A DNA stretch of 61,617 bases, the filler included. It is 5 parts of 5 records of this genome, joined end to end, with 100 filler letters (N's around TTAATTAATTAA, not from the genome) between each part and the next. Parts side by side here need not be neighbours in the genome. Positions count along the whole stretch, not along the records: positions 1 to 10,099 come from SRR31156797_15784; 4 more parts are not named here. The stretch is one strand, 5' to 3'. The stretch's first letter is position 1, and every line of letters begins with the position of its first letter. The position numbers were made by a program, and so were the translations under genes. The notes under the pieces were generated by a model. The model ran no database searches, was not told the DNA's origin, and was given only the letters and a program-made list of their open reading frames with translations. This document shows, piece by piece, positions 1 to 10,199 of this stretch.

Positions 1-439
1 CGGTTGCCAGCAGATGAGGGTATCGTCAAGATCGAAGGTGATCAGCATATCTGTTCGAACAGTGAGCAGAAAAAAAAGTGAGCCAACAACATTTCTTTCC
101 TGACGGATATGAAAAGGAAGTTCGCCGATTGATGTTCAAGTCCGTTCTCCCTGTAGTATTGAAAAAAATTCAAATTCGATTTTTTTAGGCCTTCTATATT
201 TGTAGATTATAAGAGCTATGTTAGCAAAATATTAGGGGGGTATTTATTTGACCACTGATGATAAAAAACTGAAGTTTCCTGATAAAAAATATCAGAGTGT
301 TTACTGGTTTTGTATTCAGCCCAAACTATAAACAAAACTTTCATTTCTATAAATTTCAATAAAAACATTTAATATAAATTAAATGTCAGTCTAATGGCCA
401 TCTAATACGGATTCAATAGATAAGAACTCAACTACTAAA

Positions 440-599
440 GCTCGGGATCAGATTAAAACCGTCCAAATATAGCTTAAAATTTTAAGCCGTATTGAAGGCG
501 CGTTACTGTAATCATATTGCTCCTGATGCCCAGCGATTCAACTCGAAAAACGGCTTAAAAGGCAAGTCATATTTGGATGATTTTATTTTGATTGCGAGC
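440..599. mobile_element. MITE/REP-like long palindromic element
   Basis: Imperfect ~30-bp terminal inverted repeats (GCTCGGGATCAGATTAAAACCGTCCAAATAT / ATATTTGGATGATTTTATTTTGATTGCGAGC). Perfect inner pair TTTTAAGCCGT (480-490) / ACGGCTTAAAA (550-560). No ORF. Confidence 0.6.
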
Positions 600-616
600 C
601 TGAAGGCAAAAATAAA

Positions 617-1537
617 ATGGAACATATGACCATCGGTCAAATTAAAATTTTGGATGCGGTCGCTAAAGAAAAAAATTTTTCAAGGGCTGCTGCTTTTCTG
701 GGGGTAAGTCAGCCGGCTGTCTCGATTCAATTTCGGGAATTGCAGAAGCGCTATGGTATTACGCTCTATTTCAGACGGGGTCACAAAATCATGCTCAGTG
801 AACTTGGTCTGGAACTGGTCAAGACCGGTCGCAAGGTTTTAGGACTTTTGGGTGAGATGGATACCATGGTCCGGGATGCGGGATTGTTAAACTCAGGAAA
901 GATTCATGTTGGGTTAAGCTGTCATTATTTTGTCAAACAATTGCTGCCCCGGTTTATCGAGGCCTACCCCGGTATAGGAGTTAAAGCCAGCATCGGGCAT
1001 TCGACAAAGCTAAAAGAAAATGTATTGGCCTGTCAGATTGATGTGGCTGAGGTTACCGACACCCATCCAGATCCGGATTTGCATAATCTAAAATACAGTG
1101 AACAAAAAATTTTGTTGTTTATTTCCCGGAACCATCCATGGGCAGACCGGTCTCAGATTCATATCAAACATCTGGACAATGAGAAAATGGTGGCTCTGCA
1201 CAAGGAATCCATGACCCGGCAGATTTTCAACAAAAAGCTGAATGAAAAAGGCATTACACCCAACATCGTGCTTGAACTGGATGACTGGGAAACCATGAAA
1301 GAGGCTGTTGCTGCAGGCGTAGGGTTTGGGATTGCCCTTGAGGACGAGTTTGGGCCGGATGAACGATTGGTTAAAATCGCCATGAAAGGAGCCCATTTTA
1401 CCGCCAATCAATATTTTATTTGTCACCCGGAATACCGGGAGTTAAAGGTGATTTCAGCTTTTCTGGATATTGCGGAAAAAGAGAGTGAAAAATATAGGAT
1501 TTTGAAAAAGTTTGATGCAAATGAATTAAAAACATGA
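617..1537 (+). CDS. LysR-family transcriptional regulator of the phosphonate operon
   Basis: N-terminal [20 protein letters not shown], 306 aa with LysR substrate-binding domain. Directly upstream of the AEP genes. Confidence 0.9.
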   Translation: MEHMTIGQIKILDAVAKEKNFSRAAAFLGVSQPAVSIQFRELQKRYGITLYFRRGHKIMLSELGLELVKTGRKVLGLLGEMDTMVRDAGLLNSGKIHVGLSCHYFVKQLLPRFIEAYPGIGVKASIGHSTKLKENVLACQIDVAEVTDTHPDPDLHNLKYSEQKILLFISRNHPWADRSQIHIKHLDNEKMVALHKESMTRQIFNKKLNEKGITPNIVLELDDWETMKEAVAAGVGFGIALEDEFGPDERLVKIAMKGAHFTANQYFICHPEYRELKVISAFLDIAEKESEKYRILKKFDANELKT

Positions 1538-1551
1538 ACAAAGGAGAAAAA

Positions 1552-2571
1552 ATGAAACATTTGATGAAAATTTTGGCCCTTTTCATGCTGACCATTGGGA
1601 TGCTGTTCAATACTGCCCAGGCAGAAGATCTTCTGGTTTACACCGCACTTGAAGATGATGAGATCCCCCGGTATCTGGCACTGTTTAAAAAAAGCCACCC
1701 GGACATTAACGTCAAGATCGTCAGGGATTCCACCGGCATCGTTACGGCCAAGCTTTTGGCTGAAAAAGACAACCCCAGGGCAGATGTCGTCTGGGGAACC
1801 GCTGCCACAAGCCTGATGCTCTGTGACCAAGCCGGTATGGTAGCACCTTATGCACCCAAAGGAATTGAACGCGTTGTTCCAAAAATGAAAGATTTCAACA
1901 AAATTCCTCATTGGGTAGGGATTAAAGCCTGGATGACCGGATTCTGCGTCAACACCTATGAGATCAAAGACCTGAATCTGCCCGTCCCGAAAAATTTCGA
2001 TGACCTGCTAAACCCTGTCTATAAAGGTCACCTGGTCATGCCCAATCCGGCCTCTTCCGGTACCGGATTTTTAACCGTTTCCGCCATTCTCCAGATGAAG
2101 GGTGAAAAAGAGGGCTGGGCATACCTGGATAAATTGCACGAAAATATCGCCAGATACACTCACTCGGGTTCAAAACCCTGTAAAATTGCCGGTGCAGGAG
2201 AACTGCCCATCGGTGTTTCATTCGCTTACAGAGGCTTTATGCAGAAACAAAAAGGCGAACCTGTTCTAACCGTATTTCCCCAGGAAGGATCCGGATGGGA
2301 CGTGGAAGCTAACTGCCTGATCAAAAAAGCTGATATCAAACCGGCAGCCAAAACGTTCCTGGACTGGGCCATCAGTGAACCGGTAATGAAAGAGTATGCC
2401 AAGGTTTATCCCGTGACAGCCTATGCAACAGGCGCTCCGATTCCAGATGGATTTCCCGAAGATCCTGAAGCGCAACTCATTAAAAATGATTTCCAATGGG
2501 CAGCTAAAAACCGGATGAGAATCCTTAAACAATGGTCATCCCGTTACGACGGTAAAAGTGATGCCAAATAA
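1552..2571 (+). CDS. 2-aminoethylphosphonate ABC transporter substrate-binding protein (PhnS-like)
   Basis: Signal peptide and motifs [39 protein letters not shown] at 1541 favours the ATG at 1552. Confidence 0.88.
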   Translation: MKHLMKILALFMLTIGMLFNTAQAEDLLVYTALEDDEIPRYLALFKKSHPDINVKIVRDSTGIVTAKLLAEKDNPRADVVWGTAATSLMLCDQAGMVAPYAPKGIERVVPKMKDFNKIPHWVGIKAWMTGFCVNTYEIKDLNLPVPKNFDDLLNPVYKGHLVMPNPASSGTGFLTVSAILQMKGEKEGWAYLDKLHENIARYTHSGSKPCKIAGAGELPIGVSFAYRGFMQKQKGEPVLTVFPQEGSGWDVEANCLIKKADIKPAAKTFLDWAISEPVMKEYAKVYPVTAYATGAPIPDGFPEDPEAQLIKNDFQWAAKNRMRILKQWSSRYDGKSDAK

Positions 2572-2596
2572 GGCCGGCTGAAAACGGATACATGAC

Positions 2597-2628
2597 ACCC
2601 GGATCGGATTGCATTGTCCGATCCGGGT
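2597..2628 (+). other. Intergenic stem-loop after the binding-protein gene (mRNA-stabilising or attenuating)
   Basis: Perfect 12-bp inverted repeat ACCCGGATCGGA/TCCGATCCGGGT with an 8-nt loop and no U-tract. Confidence 0.6.
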
Positions 2629-2667
2629 TGATATTCGCAGGGTGTAACATTTTTAAAGGCAGATGGT

Positions 2668-3777
2668 ATGGAAAACTCAAACTATTTAAAATTAGACGAC
2701 GTGTCCAAAAGCTATGGACCGATCCAGGCATTGAATCGCGTCTCTTTTGCCGCCCGCCAGGGTGAGTTCCTGTCGATACTCGGACCCAGTGGCTGCGGAA
2801 AGACTACAGCACTCAGAGTGATTGCCGGTCTGGAAAACCAGGATGCCGGCAAAGTGTATGTCAATAATTGCGATGTGTCCGCATTGGGAGTGTCCCAACG
2901 GAATGTGGGCATTGTTTTTCAGTCCTATGCCCTGTTCCCCAATCTGACGGCAAAAAAAAATATTGCTTACGGCCTTAAGGGGAAGCGCGACAGTCAACAG
3001 ATCCGGGATAAGGTTGATGAACTCATGGAGCTTGTGGGATTATCCGGCATGGGCCATAAATACCCTGCGCAGCTGTCCGGCGGCCAGCAGCAGCGGGTAG
3101 CCCTGGCACGGGCAATGGCCCTTTCTCCTGACTTGCTTTTGCTGGATGAACCTCTATCCGCACTGGATGCCAAAGTAAGGGTGAAACTCAGGTCTGAAAT
3201 CCGTCAACTTCAAAAACGTTTGAAAGTCACCACCATCATGGTAACCCATGACCAGGAGGAAGCCTTGACCATGGCAGACCGGATACTGGTGATGAACGAA
3301 GGCCGCCTGGTCCAGGAAGGCACACCGCACCAGATTTATGAAAAGCCGGCAACCCCGTTTGTGGCGTCCTTTATCGGGTCCATGAATTTCATGGTAAAGG
3401 CTCGAAAAACCTCTCCGGGTGTCTATGATTTCTACGGCAGCTCTTTTCGTGTGACAAATGAAAACGGTACGGCCCAATTGCCAACCGGGGAACAGGCCAC
3501 CCTGGCCATCCGGCCCGAAGATATCATGATAGATTCTGCGGAAAAATCAGGTGAAAACCATTTTTCAGGCCGTATTCATTCCATGGAATACAGGGGCTCA
3601 TTGTTCCGTCTGGACCTGGCGTTGTCCACCGGCGGACAGATCCCGGTAATAACGGCGGATTTGCCCACAGAACAGATCCGACGATTTTCATTAAAGCAGG
3701 ATATGCCGGTGACGGTAGCCTTTCCGCCGGATCGGCTGTTGGTCTATGATGATGCCCACGAGGGAATCCATGGCTGA
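2668..3777 (+). CDS. AEP ABC transporter ATP-binding protein (PhnT-like)
   Basis: Walker A GPSGCGKT, signature LSGGQQQRV, Walker B LLLLDEP, C-terminal TOBE-like region. Confidence 0.9.
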   Translation: MENSNYLKLDDVSKSYGPIQALNRVSFAARQGEFLSILGPSGCGKTTALRVIAGLENQDAGKVYVNNCDVSALGVSQRNVGIVFQSYALFPNLTAKKNIAYGLKGKRDSQQIRDKVDELMELVGLSGMGHKYPAQLSGGQQQRVALARAMALSPDLLLLDEPLSALDAKVRVKLRSEIRQLQKRLKVTTIMVTHDQEEALTMADRILVMNEGRLVQEGTPHQIYEKPATPFVASFIGSMNFMVKARKTSPGVYDFYGSSFRVTNENGTAQLPTGEQATLAIRPEDIMIDSAEKSGENHFSGRIHSMEYRGSLFRLDLALSTGGQIPVITADLPTEQIRRFSLKQDMPVTVAFPPDRLLVYDDAHEGIHG

Positions 3778-5524
3778 TACGCTTGCCCTGAAACCATCAT
3801 CCGGTATGTCTGTTCCAGGGCTATTTTCCGGGGAAACAACGTTGAAACGGGTGTTAATGATCCTGGCCTGTGTATGGATGACGGTGGTGGTGATTCTTCC
3901 CGTGGGCAACCTGTTGCTCAAAAGCCTGACCAATATAAGTGGTGACTTTGTGGGGCTGGCAAATTATATTGAATATTTTTCATCTCCAAATCTATCCAGA
4001 TCCATTGGCAACAGCATTTTTGTGGCCATTTACACCACTTTTATATCAGTGGGAATCGGGTTTGCCTTTGCCTATGCATTGACCCGGACCTGCATGCCGG
4101 CAAAAGGCATATTCAAAGGCATTGCCATGATGCCGCTGTTCGCGCCCACCCTGCTCAACGGGATTGCCCTGATATACCTGTTCGGCAGAAAAGGGCTGAT
4201 TTCCAAAGGTTTTTTTGGATTGATTCCCGGGTTTAAAATCCCCCTATACGGCCCGGTGGGTATCATCATATCCGAAATCATGTACACCTTTCCCCAGGCC
4301 ATGCTTATTTTAACCATTGCGTTGAGCATTACAGATGCCCGCCTGTATGAGGCAGCCCGTTCCCTGGGGGCGGGATCGGTCCGCATTTTTTTTACCGTGA
4401 CCCTGCCCAGCATCAAATACGGTTTGTTAAGTGCCGTGTTTGTCTGTTTTATCCTGGCATTTACCGATTTCGGGGCCCCAAAAGTCGTGGGCGGAAATTT
4501 CAATATTCTGGCCACGGATATCTATAAACAGGTTATTGGTCAGCAGAATTTTGTCATGGGGGCTGTGGTGTCTGTGGTATTGCTGATTCCCACGATCATC
4601 GCCTTTATCATTGACAGGATCATCCAGGGCAAGCAGGCCGCCATGATCGCGGCCAAATCAGTGCCCCTGGTACCCGAACCCGATAAGATGTCCGACCGGG
4701 CAGCACTGTTGTTTTGCGGAACCATTGTCTTTTTGATTTTGTCTTTTTATTGCACCGCCCTTTTTGCTTCACTGGTAAAGGTCTGGCCCTATGATCTGGA
4801 ACTGGGGCTGCGGCACTATCATTTTACCGGGACCGGGGGCGGCGGTTATCAATCATTTTTCAACAGTATCCGAATGAGCCTGTATTCGGCATTTTTCGGA
4901 ACGATCATCACCTTTTCATCTGCCTATCTGATTGAAAAAATCAGGGTCATGAAACCGGTACGCCAGACCGCTTATTTCCTGTCAATTCTTCCATTGGCCC
5001 TGCCGGGCCTTGTGATCGGGTTATCCTATATTTTCTTTTTTAATGCCACAGGCTGGACGATTATGGGGGTTGTGATCCCTAATCCGTTGAATTTTTTATA
5101 CGGAACCATGGGGATACTGGTGTTGTCCAATATTGTCCATTTCTATACGGTCAGTTTTCTAAGCGCCACAACCGCTTTAAAACAACTGGATATCGAATTT
5201 GAACAGGTTTCCGATTCCATGTGTGTTCCGTTTTATAAGACCTTTTTCAGGGTATCCGTACCGGTCTGCCTGCCGGCCATTCTTGAAATCGCCATTTATT
5301 ATTTTGTCAACAGCATGGCAACCGTATCGGCTGTTATTTTCCTGTATTCGGCTGATCTGCCCCTGGCATCTGTGGCCATTGCCAATATGGATGACGCAGG
5401 AGACATTGCCCCGGCCTGCGCCATGTCTGTGCTGGTGGTGGTTACAAATATCATCGTCAGGCTGGTCTTTTCCCAGGTGACCCGTAAGCTGAAAAACCGA
5501 AGCACAGCCTGGACTAAGAAATAA
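3770..5524 (+). CDS. AEP ABC transporter permease (fused two-domain)
   Basis: Many TM helices and two EAA-type loops (LYEAARSLGA; FEQVSDSMC). Start placed at the ATG overlapping the upstream gene end. Confidence 0.88.
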   Translation: MADTLALKPSSGMSVPGLFSGETTLKRVLMILACVWMTVVVILPVGNLLLKSLTNISGDFVGLANYIEYFSSPNLSRSIGNSIFVAIYTTFISVGIGFAFAYALTRTCMPAKGIFKGIAMMPLFAPTLLNGIALIYLFGRKGLISKGFFGLIPGFKIPLYGPVGIIISEIMYTFPQAMLILTIALSITDARLYEAARSLGAGSVRIFFTVTLPSIKYGLLSAVFVCFILAFTDFGAPKVVGGNFNILATDIYKQVIGQQNFVMGAVVSVVLLIPTIIAFIIDRIIQGKQAAMIAAKSVPLVPEPDKMSDRAALLFCGTIVFLILSFYCTALFASLVKVWPYDLELGLRHYHFTGTGGGGYQSFFNSIRMSLYSAFFGTIITFSSAYLIEKIRVMKPVRQTAYFLSILPLALPGLVIGLSYIFFFNATGWTIMGVVIPNPLNFLYGTMGILVLSNIVHFYTVSFLSATTALKQLDIEFEQVSDSMCVPFYKTFFRVSVPVCLPAILEIAIYYFVNSMATVSAVIFLYSADLPLASVAIANMDDAGDIAPACAMSVLVVVTNIIVRLVFSQVTRKLKNRSTAWTKK

Positions 5525-5563
5525 GGCCTCAAAAAATAAGAACTTAAAACAATAGGAGAAAAC

Positions 5564-6406
5564 GTGGATATATTTATCAGAAACAAGCGATACACAGGAC
5601 CGGTACAGTCTATTGTATTAGACTGGGCCGGAACAGCAGTCGATTATGGCTGCCTTGGACCGGCAGCCGTATTTCTTGATGTTTTTAAAGAAAAAGAGGT
5701 GGACGTGACCGTTGATCAGGCCCGGCAATTTATGGGACTGGCCAAAAAAGATCATATCAGGGGAATGTGCAATCTGTCACCTGTGGCTGCAGCATGGAAA
5801 GCGGTCCATGGCCGCCTGCCCGATGAAACCGATGTGGACGCGCTCTACGAACGAACCGCGGACCTGATGGTCAATACCATAGCCAATCACAGCGACCCCA
5901 TAAACGGGGTGATTGACACCATTGCCGAAATCCGGGACATGGACATTAAAATCGGCTCCAGCACAGGGTATGTTAAAGAGATGATGGATGTACTGGTTCC
6001 CATTGCCAAAGAAAAAGGATACCACCCGGATGCTATTGTCTGCTCGTCGGATGTGCCGGCCGGTCGGCCTTATCCTTGGATGTGTTTTGCCAATGCCACG
6101 ATGCTGGGTACCTACCCCATGGAAGCCATGGTGAAAATCGGGGATACGATTACCGATATCGAAGAGGGACTCAATGCCGGGATGTGGACGATCGGCATTA
6201 CAGAGACCGGAAATGAGATGGGCCTGACCCAGGCCCAGGTGGAAGCACTCGATCCGGTTGAGCGGGAAAGTCGTCTGGCAGATATTAATCAACGATTTGA
6301 AGAGACCGGTGTCCACTATGTGGCGGCCAAAACAGCCGATATTCTGCCGATTATCGAAGAAATTAATCTCAGGCTCAAATCCGGAGACCTGCCTTTAAAA
6401 GGATAA
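5564..6406 (+). CDS. phnX: Phosphonoacetaldehyde hydrolase (phosphonatase)
   Basis: HAD motif DWAGTAVDYG, MGLAKKDHIR (Schiff-base Lys), GRPYPWM, KIGDT...EGLNAGMW. Confidence 0.95.
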   Translation: MDIFIRNKRYTGPVQSIVLDWAGTAVDYGCLGPAAVFLDVFKEKEVDVTVDQARQFMGLAKKDHIRGMCNLSPVAAAWKAVHGRLPDETDVDALYERTADLMVNTIANHSDPINGVIDTIAEIRDMDIKIGSSTGYVKEMMDVLVPIAKEKGYHPDAIVCSSDVPAGRPYPWMCFANATMLGTYPMEAMVKIGDTITDIEEGLNAGMWTIGITETGNEMGLTQAQVEALDPVERESRLADINQRFEETGVHYVAAKTADILPIIEEINLRLKSGDLPLKG

Positions 6407-6409
6407 TTC

Positions 6410-7774
6410 ATGACCCATCCCAACGCGATAGATCTGTCCGAAGGAGACTCCAATCTGTCTCCCAGAAGGGCGGCCTGGCTTAAAACACTTGAGGCGCCGA
6501 CCCGGGATTTGCTGGAACGGGATGCAAGCGTATTTTTGCACCAGTCCTTGTCAACACCCTGTATCAACGTACTTTCCAAATGCAACGGCAGCTTTCTTGA
6601 AGATATCTGCGGCAAAAAGTTTCTGGATTTTCACGGTAACAGCGTTCACCAAGTCGGGTTTGCCAACCCGGATGTGATCCATGCCATAACAGAGCAGTTA
6701 ACTACCCTGTCTTTTTGCACACGGCGGTATACCAATGAAAAAGCGGTTGAACTGGCTGAAAGACTGGCTGAACTGGCTCCGGGGGATCTTGGTAAAGTGC
6801 TGTTTGCACCGGGTGCTACCTCGTCCATCGGCATGGCGCTTAAACTGGCCCGGGTGGTCACGGGCCGTCATAAAACCATTTCCATGTGGGATTCCTTTCA
6901 CGGCGCATCTCTGGATGCCATCTCCATTGGCGGCGAGTCCCTGTTTCGAAAAAATATGGGGCCATTGCTGCCCGGAACCGAACATGTGCCCCCTCCCGAA
7001 CCCTACCGGTGCCTGTTTAATGATACGGGTGACTGTGACCGTTGCAATCTCAAGTGTGCCAGGTACATTGATTATGTGCTGGAAAGGGAACAGGATGTGG
7101 CTGCCGTGATTGCCGAACCGGTCCGGTGCACCTATATTACACCACCGCCTCCGGGCTTCTGGAAAGCGGTCAGAAAATCCTGTGACCGCCACGGTGCGTT
7201 GCTGATTTTTGACGAGACAGCGGTCTGCCTGGGACGAACCGGAACAATGTTTGCCTTTGAACACTATGATGCCGTTCCGGATATGGTGGTGATCGGCAAG
7301 GGGCTTGGCGGCGGTATCATGCCGTTTTCAGCCCTTATCGCCAATAAAACACTGGATATGGCGCCCGATATGGCCCTGGGACATTATACCCATGAAAAAA
7401 ATCCTGTGGCCTGTGCTGCAGCACTTTCCACGCTGGAATACATTGATTCCCATGACCTGCTGAACAAAAGTCTTGAAATGGGTAAAACAGCTTTGGAGCG
7501 CCTTAAAACTCTAAAACATCAATATGAAATTATCGGGGATGTCCGGGGCCAGGGCTTGATGTTCGGGGCTGAACTGGTTAAAGACCGTCAGACCAAAACA
7601 CCTGCACGAAATGAGGCCGACCAGATCATGTACCGATGCCTGGAGCTGGGACTGAGTTTTAAAGTTTCAAAAGGGAATTTTCTGACCCTTACCCCGCCGT
7701 TAACACTGTCTGACATTGAATTTGAGACCGCTTTTCAGATACTTGAGCAGGCGCTGTGTGAACAATTTAGTTAA
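6410..7774 (+). CDS. pbfA: Class III aminotransferase-fold protein, probable (R)-1-hydroxy-2-aminoethylphosphonate ammonia-lyase
   Basis: PLP fold (DFHGNS, FHGASL, LIFDE...GRTG, GKGLGG, HYTHEKNP). N-terminal SEGDxN and FLHQSLSTPC motifs. Located between phnX and phnW. Confidence 0.8.
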   Translation: MTHPNAIDLSEGDSNLSPRRAAWLKTLEAPTRDLLERDASVFLHQSLSTPCINVLSKCNGSFLEDICGKKFLDFHGNSVHQVGFANPDVIHAITEQLTTLSFCTRRYTNEKAVELAERLAELAPGDLGKVLFAPGATSSIGMALKLARVVTGRHKTISMWDSFHGASLDAISIGGESLFRKNMGPLLPGTEHVPPPEPYRCLFNDTGDCDRCNLKCARYIDYVLEREQDVAAVIAEPVRCTYITPPPPGFWKAVRKSCDRHGALLIFDETAVCLGRTGTMFAFEHYDAVPDMVVIGKGLGGGIMPFSALIANKTLDMAPDMALGHYTHEKNPVACAAALSTLEYIDSHDLLNKSLEMGKTALERLKTLKHQYEIIGDVRGQGLMFGAELVKDRQTKTPARNEADQIMYRCLELGLSFKVSKGNFLTLTPPLTLSDIEFETAFQILEQALCEQFS

Positions 7775-7786
7775 TTGAGGACTGAT

Positions 7787-8899
7787 ATGGATATTAAAAA
7801 TTTACCCAAAAATCCCTATATTTTATTAACACCGGGCCCTTTAACCACAACACCGACCGTAAAGGCTGCTATGCTCAAGGACTGGTGCACCTGGGATGAT
7901 GATTACAATGGTATGGTTGAACAGATCCGCAAAGCACTGACCCGGATGGCAACCACTGCGGAAGGTTATACCACCGTACTGATGCAGGGCAGCGGGACGT
8001 TCAGTGTGGAAGCCTGTCTGATCACCGCCGTTCCAAAACAAGGCAAACTACTGGTTCTGGCCAATGGCGCGTATGGACGCAGGATTACCCAGATTGCAGA
8101 ACGCCAGGGCATTGACTGTATCACCCACGACAGCGGTGATCTGGATCAGCCTGATACAGGACAGCTTGCGGCCACTCTGGAGGCAGATCCATTAATCACG
8201 CATGTGGCTGTTGTCCACTGTGAAACCACCACCGGCATGCTCAACCCCATTGACCCCATTGGTAAAATCGTCCACCGGTTCAACCGGACCTTTATTGTGG
8301 ATGCCATGTCCAGTTTCGGCGGTGTCCCCATAGACATGGGCGAACTGAATATCGACTACCTGATTTCCAGTGCTAACAAATGTATCCAGGGTGTTCCGGG
8401 TTTCGGGTTTGTGATTGCCAGGCAATCCCTGCTTGAACAAACATCGGGAAATGCCAGGTCTTTGAGCCTGGATTTATACGACCAGTGGCAGGCCATGGAA
8501 AAAGGCAAAGGCAAGTGGCGCTTCACCTCACCCACCCATGTGGTCAGGGCCTTTGCCAGGGCACTTGAAGAACTGGAAACAGAGGGTGGCGTTGCTAAGC
8601 GGTTTGAACGGTATTCGGAAAATAATCGTTTCATAATTGCAAGGATGAAAGAGATGGGATTTACCCCGCTTTTACCGGAATCTTACCAGTCTCCCATCAT
8701 CACGGCCTTTTTAAGCCCCGACCATCCGGACTATAAATTTAAGGTGTTTTATACCCGTCTCAAAGAGAAAGGGTTTGTTATTTACCCGGGAAAAGTGACA
8801 CAGCAGGATACTTTCAGAATCGGAAATATCGGAGATATTCACCAACTGGATATGGAGCGTCTTGCAGATTCGATTCGATCATCGATATATTGGGGATGA
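7787..8899 (+). CDS. phnW: 2-aminoethylphosphonate-pyruvate transaminase
   Basis: [54 protein letters not shown]. Confidence 0.95.
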   Translation: MDIKNLPKNPYILLTPGPLTTTPTVKAAMLKDWCTWDDDYNGMVEQIRKALTRMATTAEGYTTVLMQGSGTFSVEACLITAVPKQGKLLVLANGAYGRRITQIAERQGIDCITHDSGDLDQPDTGQLAATLEADPLITHVAVVHCETTTGMLNPIDPIGKIVHRFNRTFIVDAMSSFGGVPIDMGELNIDYLISSANKCIQGVPGFGFVIARQSLLEQTSGNARSLSLDLYDQWQAMEKGKGKWRFTSPTHVVRAFARALEELETEGGVAKRFERYSENNRFIIARMKEMGFTPLLPESYQSPIITAFLSPDHPDYKFKVFYTRLKEKGFVIYPGKVTQQDTFRIGNIGDIHQLDMERLADSIRSSIYWG

Positions 8900-9895
8900 A
8901 TGGAAGTTACTATGAAAATAGTAAGAACCGATATGGAATTGGAAGTCCCCCTGGTTGATAAAACAATCAAAAAGTGGGGGCATGAACTCATCTGTCTGCC
9001 GGATGGCATCAGCGAGGAAGAACTCTGCCACGCAGTAGCTGACTGTGAATTGCTGTTAATGTGCTATACCCCTGTTACCCGGAAAGTGATAGAGGCTGCC
9101 TCTGGGTTGAAGGCAATTGTTAAGTATGGTGTGGGCATTGATGCAATAGATATTGCTGCTGCCCATGGACGGGGTGTCACGGTTGTAAACATCCCTGACT
9201 ATGCTTCAGAAACCGTAGCCGAAGGTGCCTTTTCCATGCTTCTGGCACTGGCCAAAAAAATACCGGCGTTACAAAACCAAATGCAGCAAAACTCATGGGT
9301 CTGGCCGCAAGCCGAGTGGCTTGGTTCTGATATTGCCGAAAAAATTGTTGGTATTGTGGGTTGCGGTAAAATCGGTACCCGCATGGCCCGAATGGCCGGC
9401 TTGGGATTCCGCGCCCGGGTCATTGGATATGATCCGTATAAAAGCCATGAAGAAATGGCGGCCGTCGGCATTGAAAAAATTGAGAATCTAACCAAAATGC
9501 TTGGTCAGTGCGACTTTGTTTCTCTTCATGCTGTATTGAACCCGGAAACAAAACATCTTATCGGGGCCAAAGAACTGTCCGCAATGAAACCGACAGCTTT
9601 TCTTATTAATACTGCCCGGGGTGCTCTGGTCGATGAGGCAGCCCTGCTCAAGGTTCTCTCGGGCAAAAAGATCGCAGGTGCAGGTCTCGATGTATACAGC
9701 AAAGAACCGCTCAACAAGAAAGATCATCTCTTTGCTCCTCTTTTTGATATGAAAAATGTTATCCTTTTTCCGCACCTGACTTTTTACACAAGAGAAGCGA
9801 TGCAGCGATTAGAAAAAGAGACCCTGGAACGGTGCCTTGAAATTATCGAAAACAGGCCTGTTACGATTAAATCAAATGATCCGCGACTTAATTAA
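8900..9895 (+). CDS. D-2-hydroxyacid dehydrogenase-family NAD-binding protein (possible PbfF-type racemase)
   Basis: GVGID, Rossmann GCGKIG, and catalytic R/E/H in NTARG, DVYSKEP, FPHLTF. Last gene of the phn operon. Confidence 0.8.
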   Translation: MEVTMKIVRTDMELEVPLVDKTIKKWGHELICLPDGISEEELCHAVADCELLLMCYTPVTRKVIEAASGLKAIVKYGVGIDAIDIAAAHGRGVTVVNIPDYASETVAEGAFSMLLALAKKIPALQNQMQQNSWVWPQAEWLGSDIAEKIVGIVGCGKIGTRMARMAGLGFRARVIGYDPYKSHEEMAAVGIEKIENLTKMLGQCDFVSLHAVLNPETKHLIGAKELSAMKPTAFLINTARGALVDEAALLKVLSGKKIAGAGLDVYSKEPLNKKDHLFAPLFDMKNVILFPHLTFYTREAMQRLEKETLERCLEIIENRPVTIKSNDPRLN

Positions 9896-10009
9896 AAGCA
9901 ATTAATTGAATTGTTTTCCCGTATTCAAGCTGGTAATTTTGATTCAATTTACCGTTGAACAAGACTACCACAAAACATATAAAAAGACCCTGAAACGCAA
10001 CATGAGCCA

Positions 10010-10099
10010 AAAACAAATGCTCTTGAAGACAAAGATATCACAAAGGCATTGTACAAGGCCTCCCAGGCGGGTGTTCACATTGATCTCATCGTCCGTGAT
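10010..10099 (+). pseudogene. ppk1: Polyphosphate kinase 1 C-terminal fragment
   Basis: Unlisted frame reads KTNALEDKDITKALYKASQAGVHIDLIVRD, matching the PPK1 motif KxNxLxD...LYxASQAGVxIDLIVR. In-frame TAA at 9980 with no start codon between. Cut by the contig end. Confidence 0.75.
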
Positions 10100-10199
10100 N
10101 NNNNNNNNNNNNNNNNNNNNNNNNNNNNNNNNNNNNNNNNNNNTTAATTAATTAANNNNNNNNNNNNNNNNNNNNNNNNNNNNNNNNNNNNNNNNNNNN
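10100..10199. other. Artificial contig linker
   Basis: N-run, TTAATTAATTAA (stops in all six frames), N-run. Confidence 0.99.

Noticed and set aside
1-81. 3' end of an upstream CDS (RLPADEGIVKIEGDQHICSNSEQKKK*)
   Set aside because: Too short to assign.
9906-10151. 81-aa ORF in the track
   Set aside because: No recognisable product. The real signal is the ppk1 fragment in another frame.
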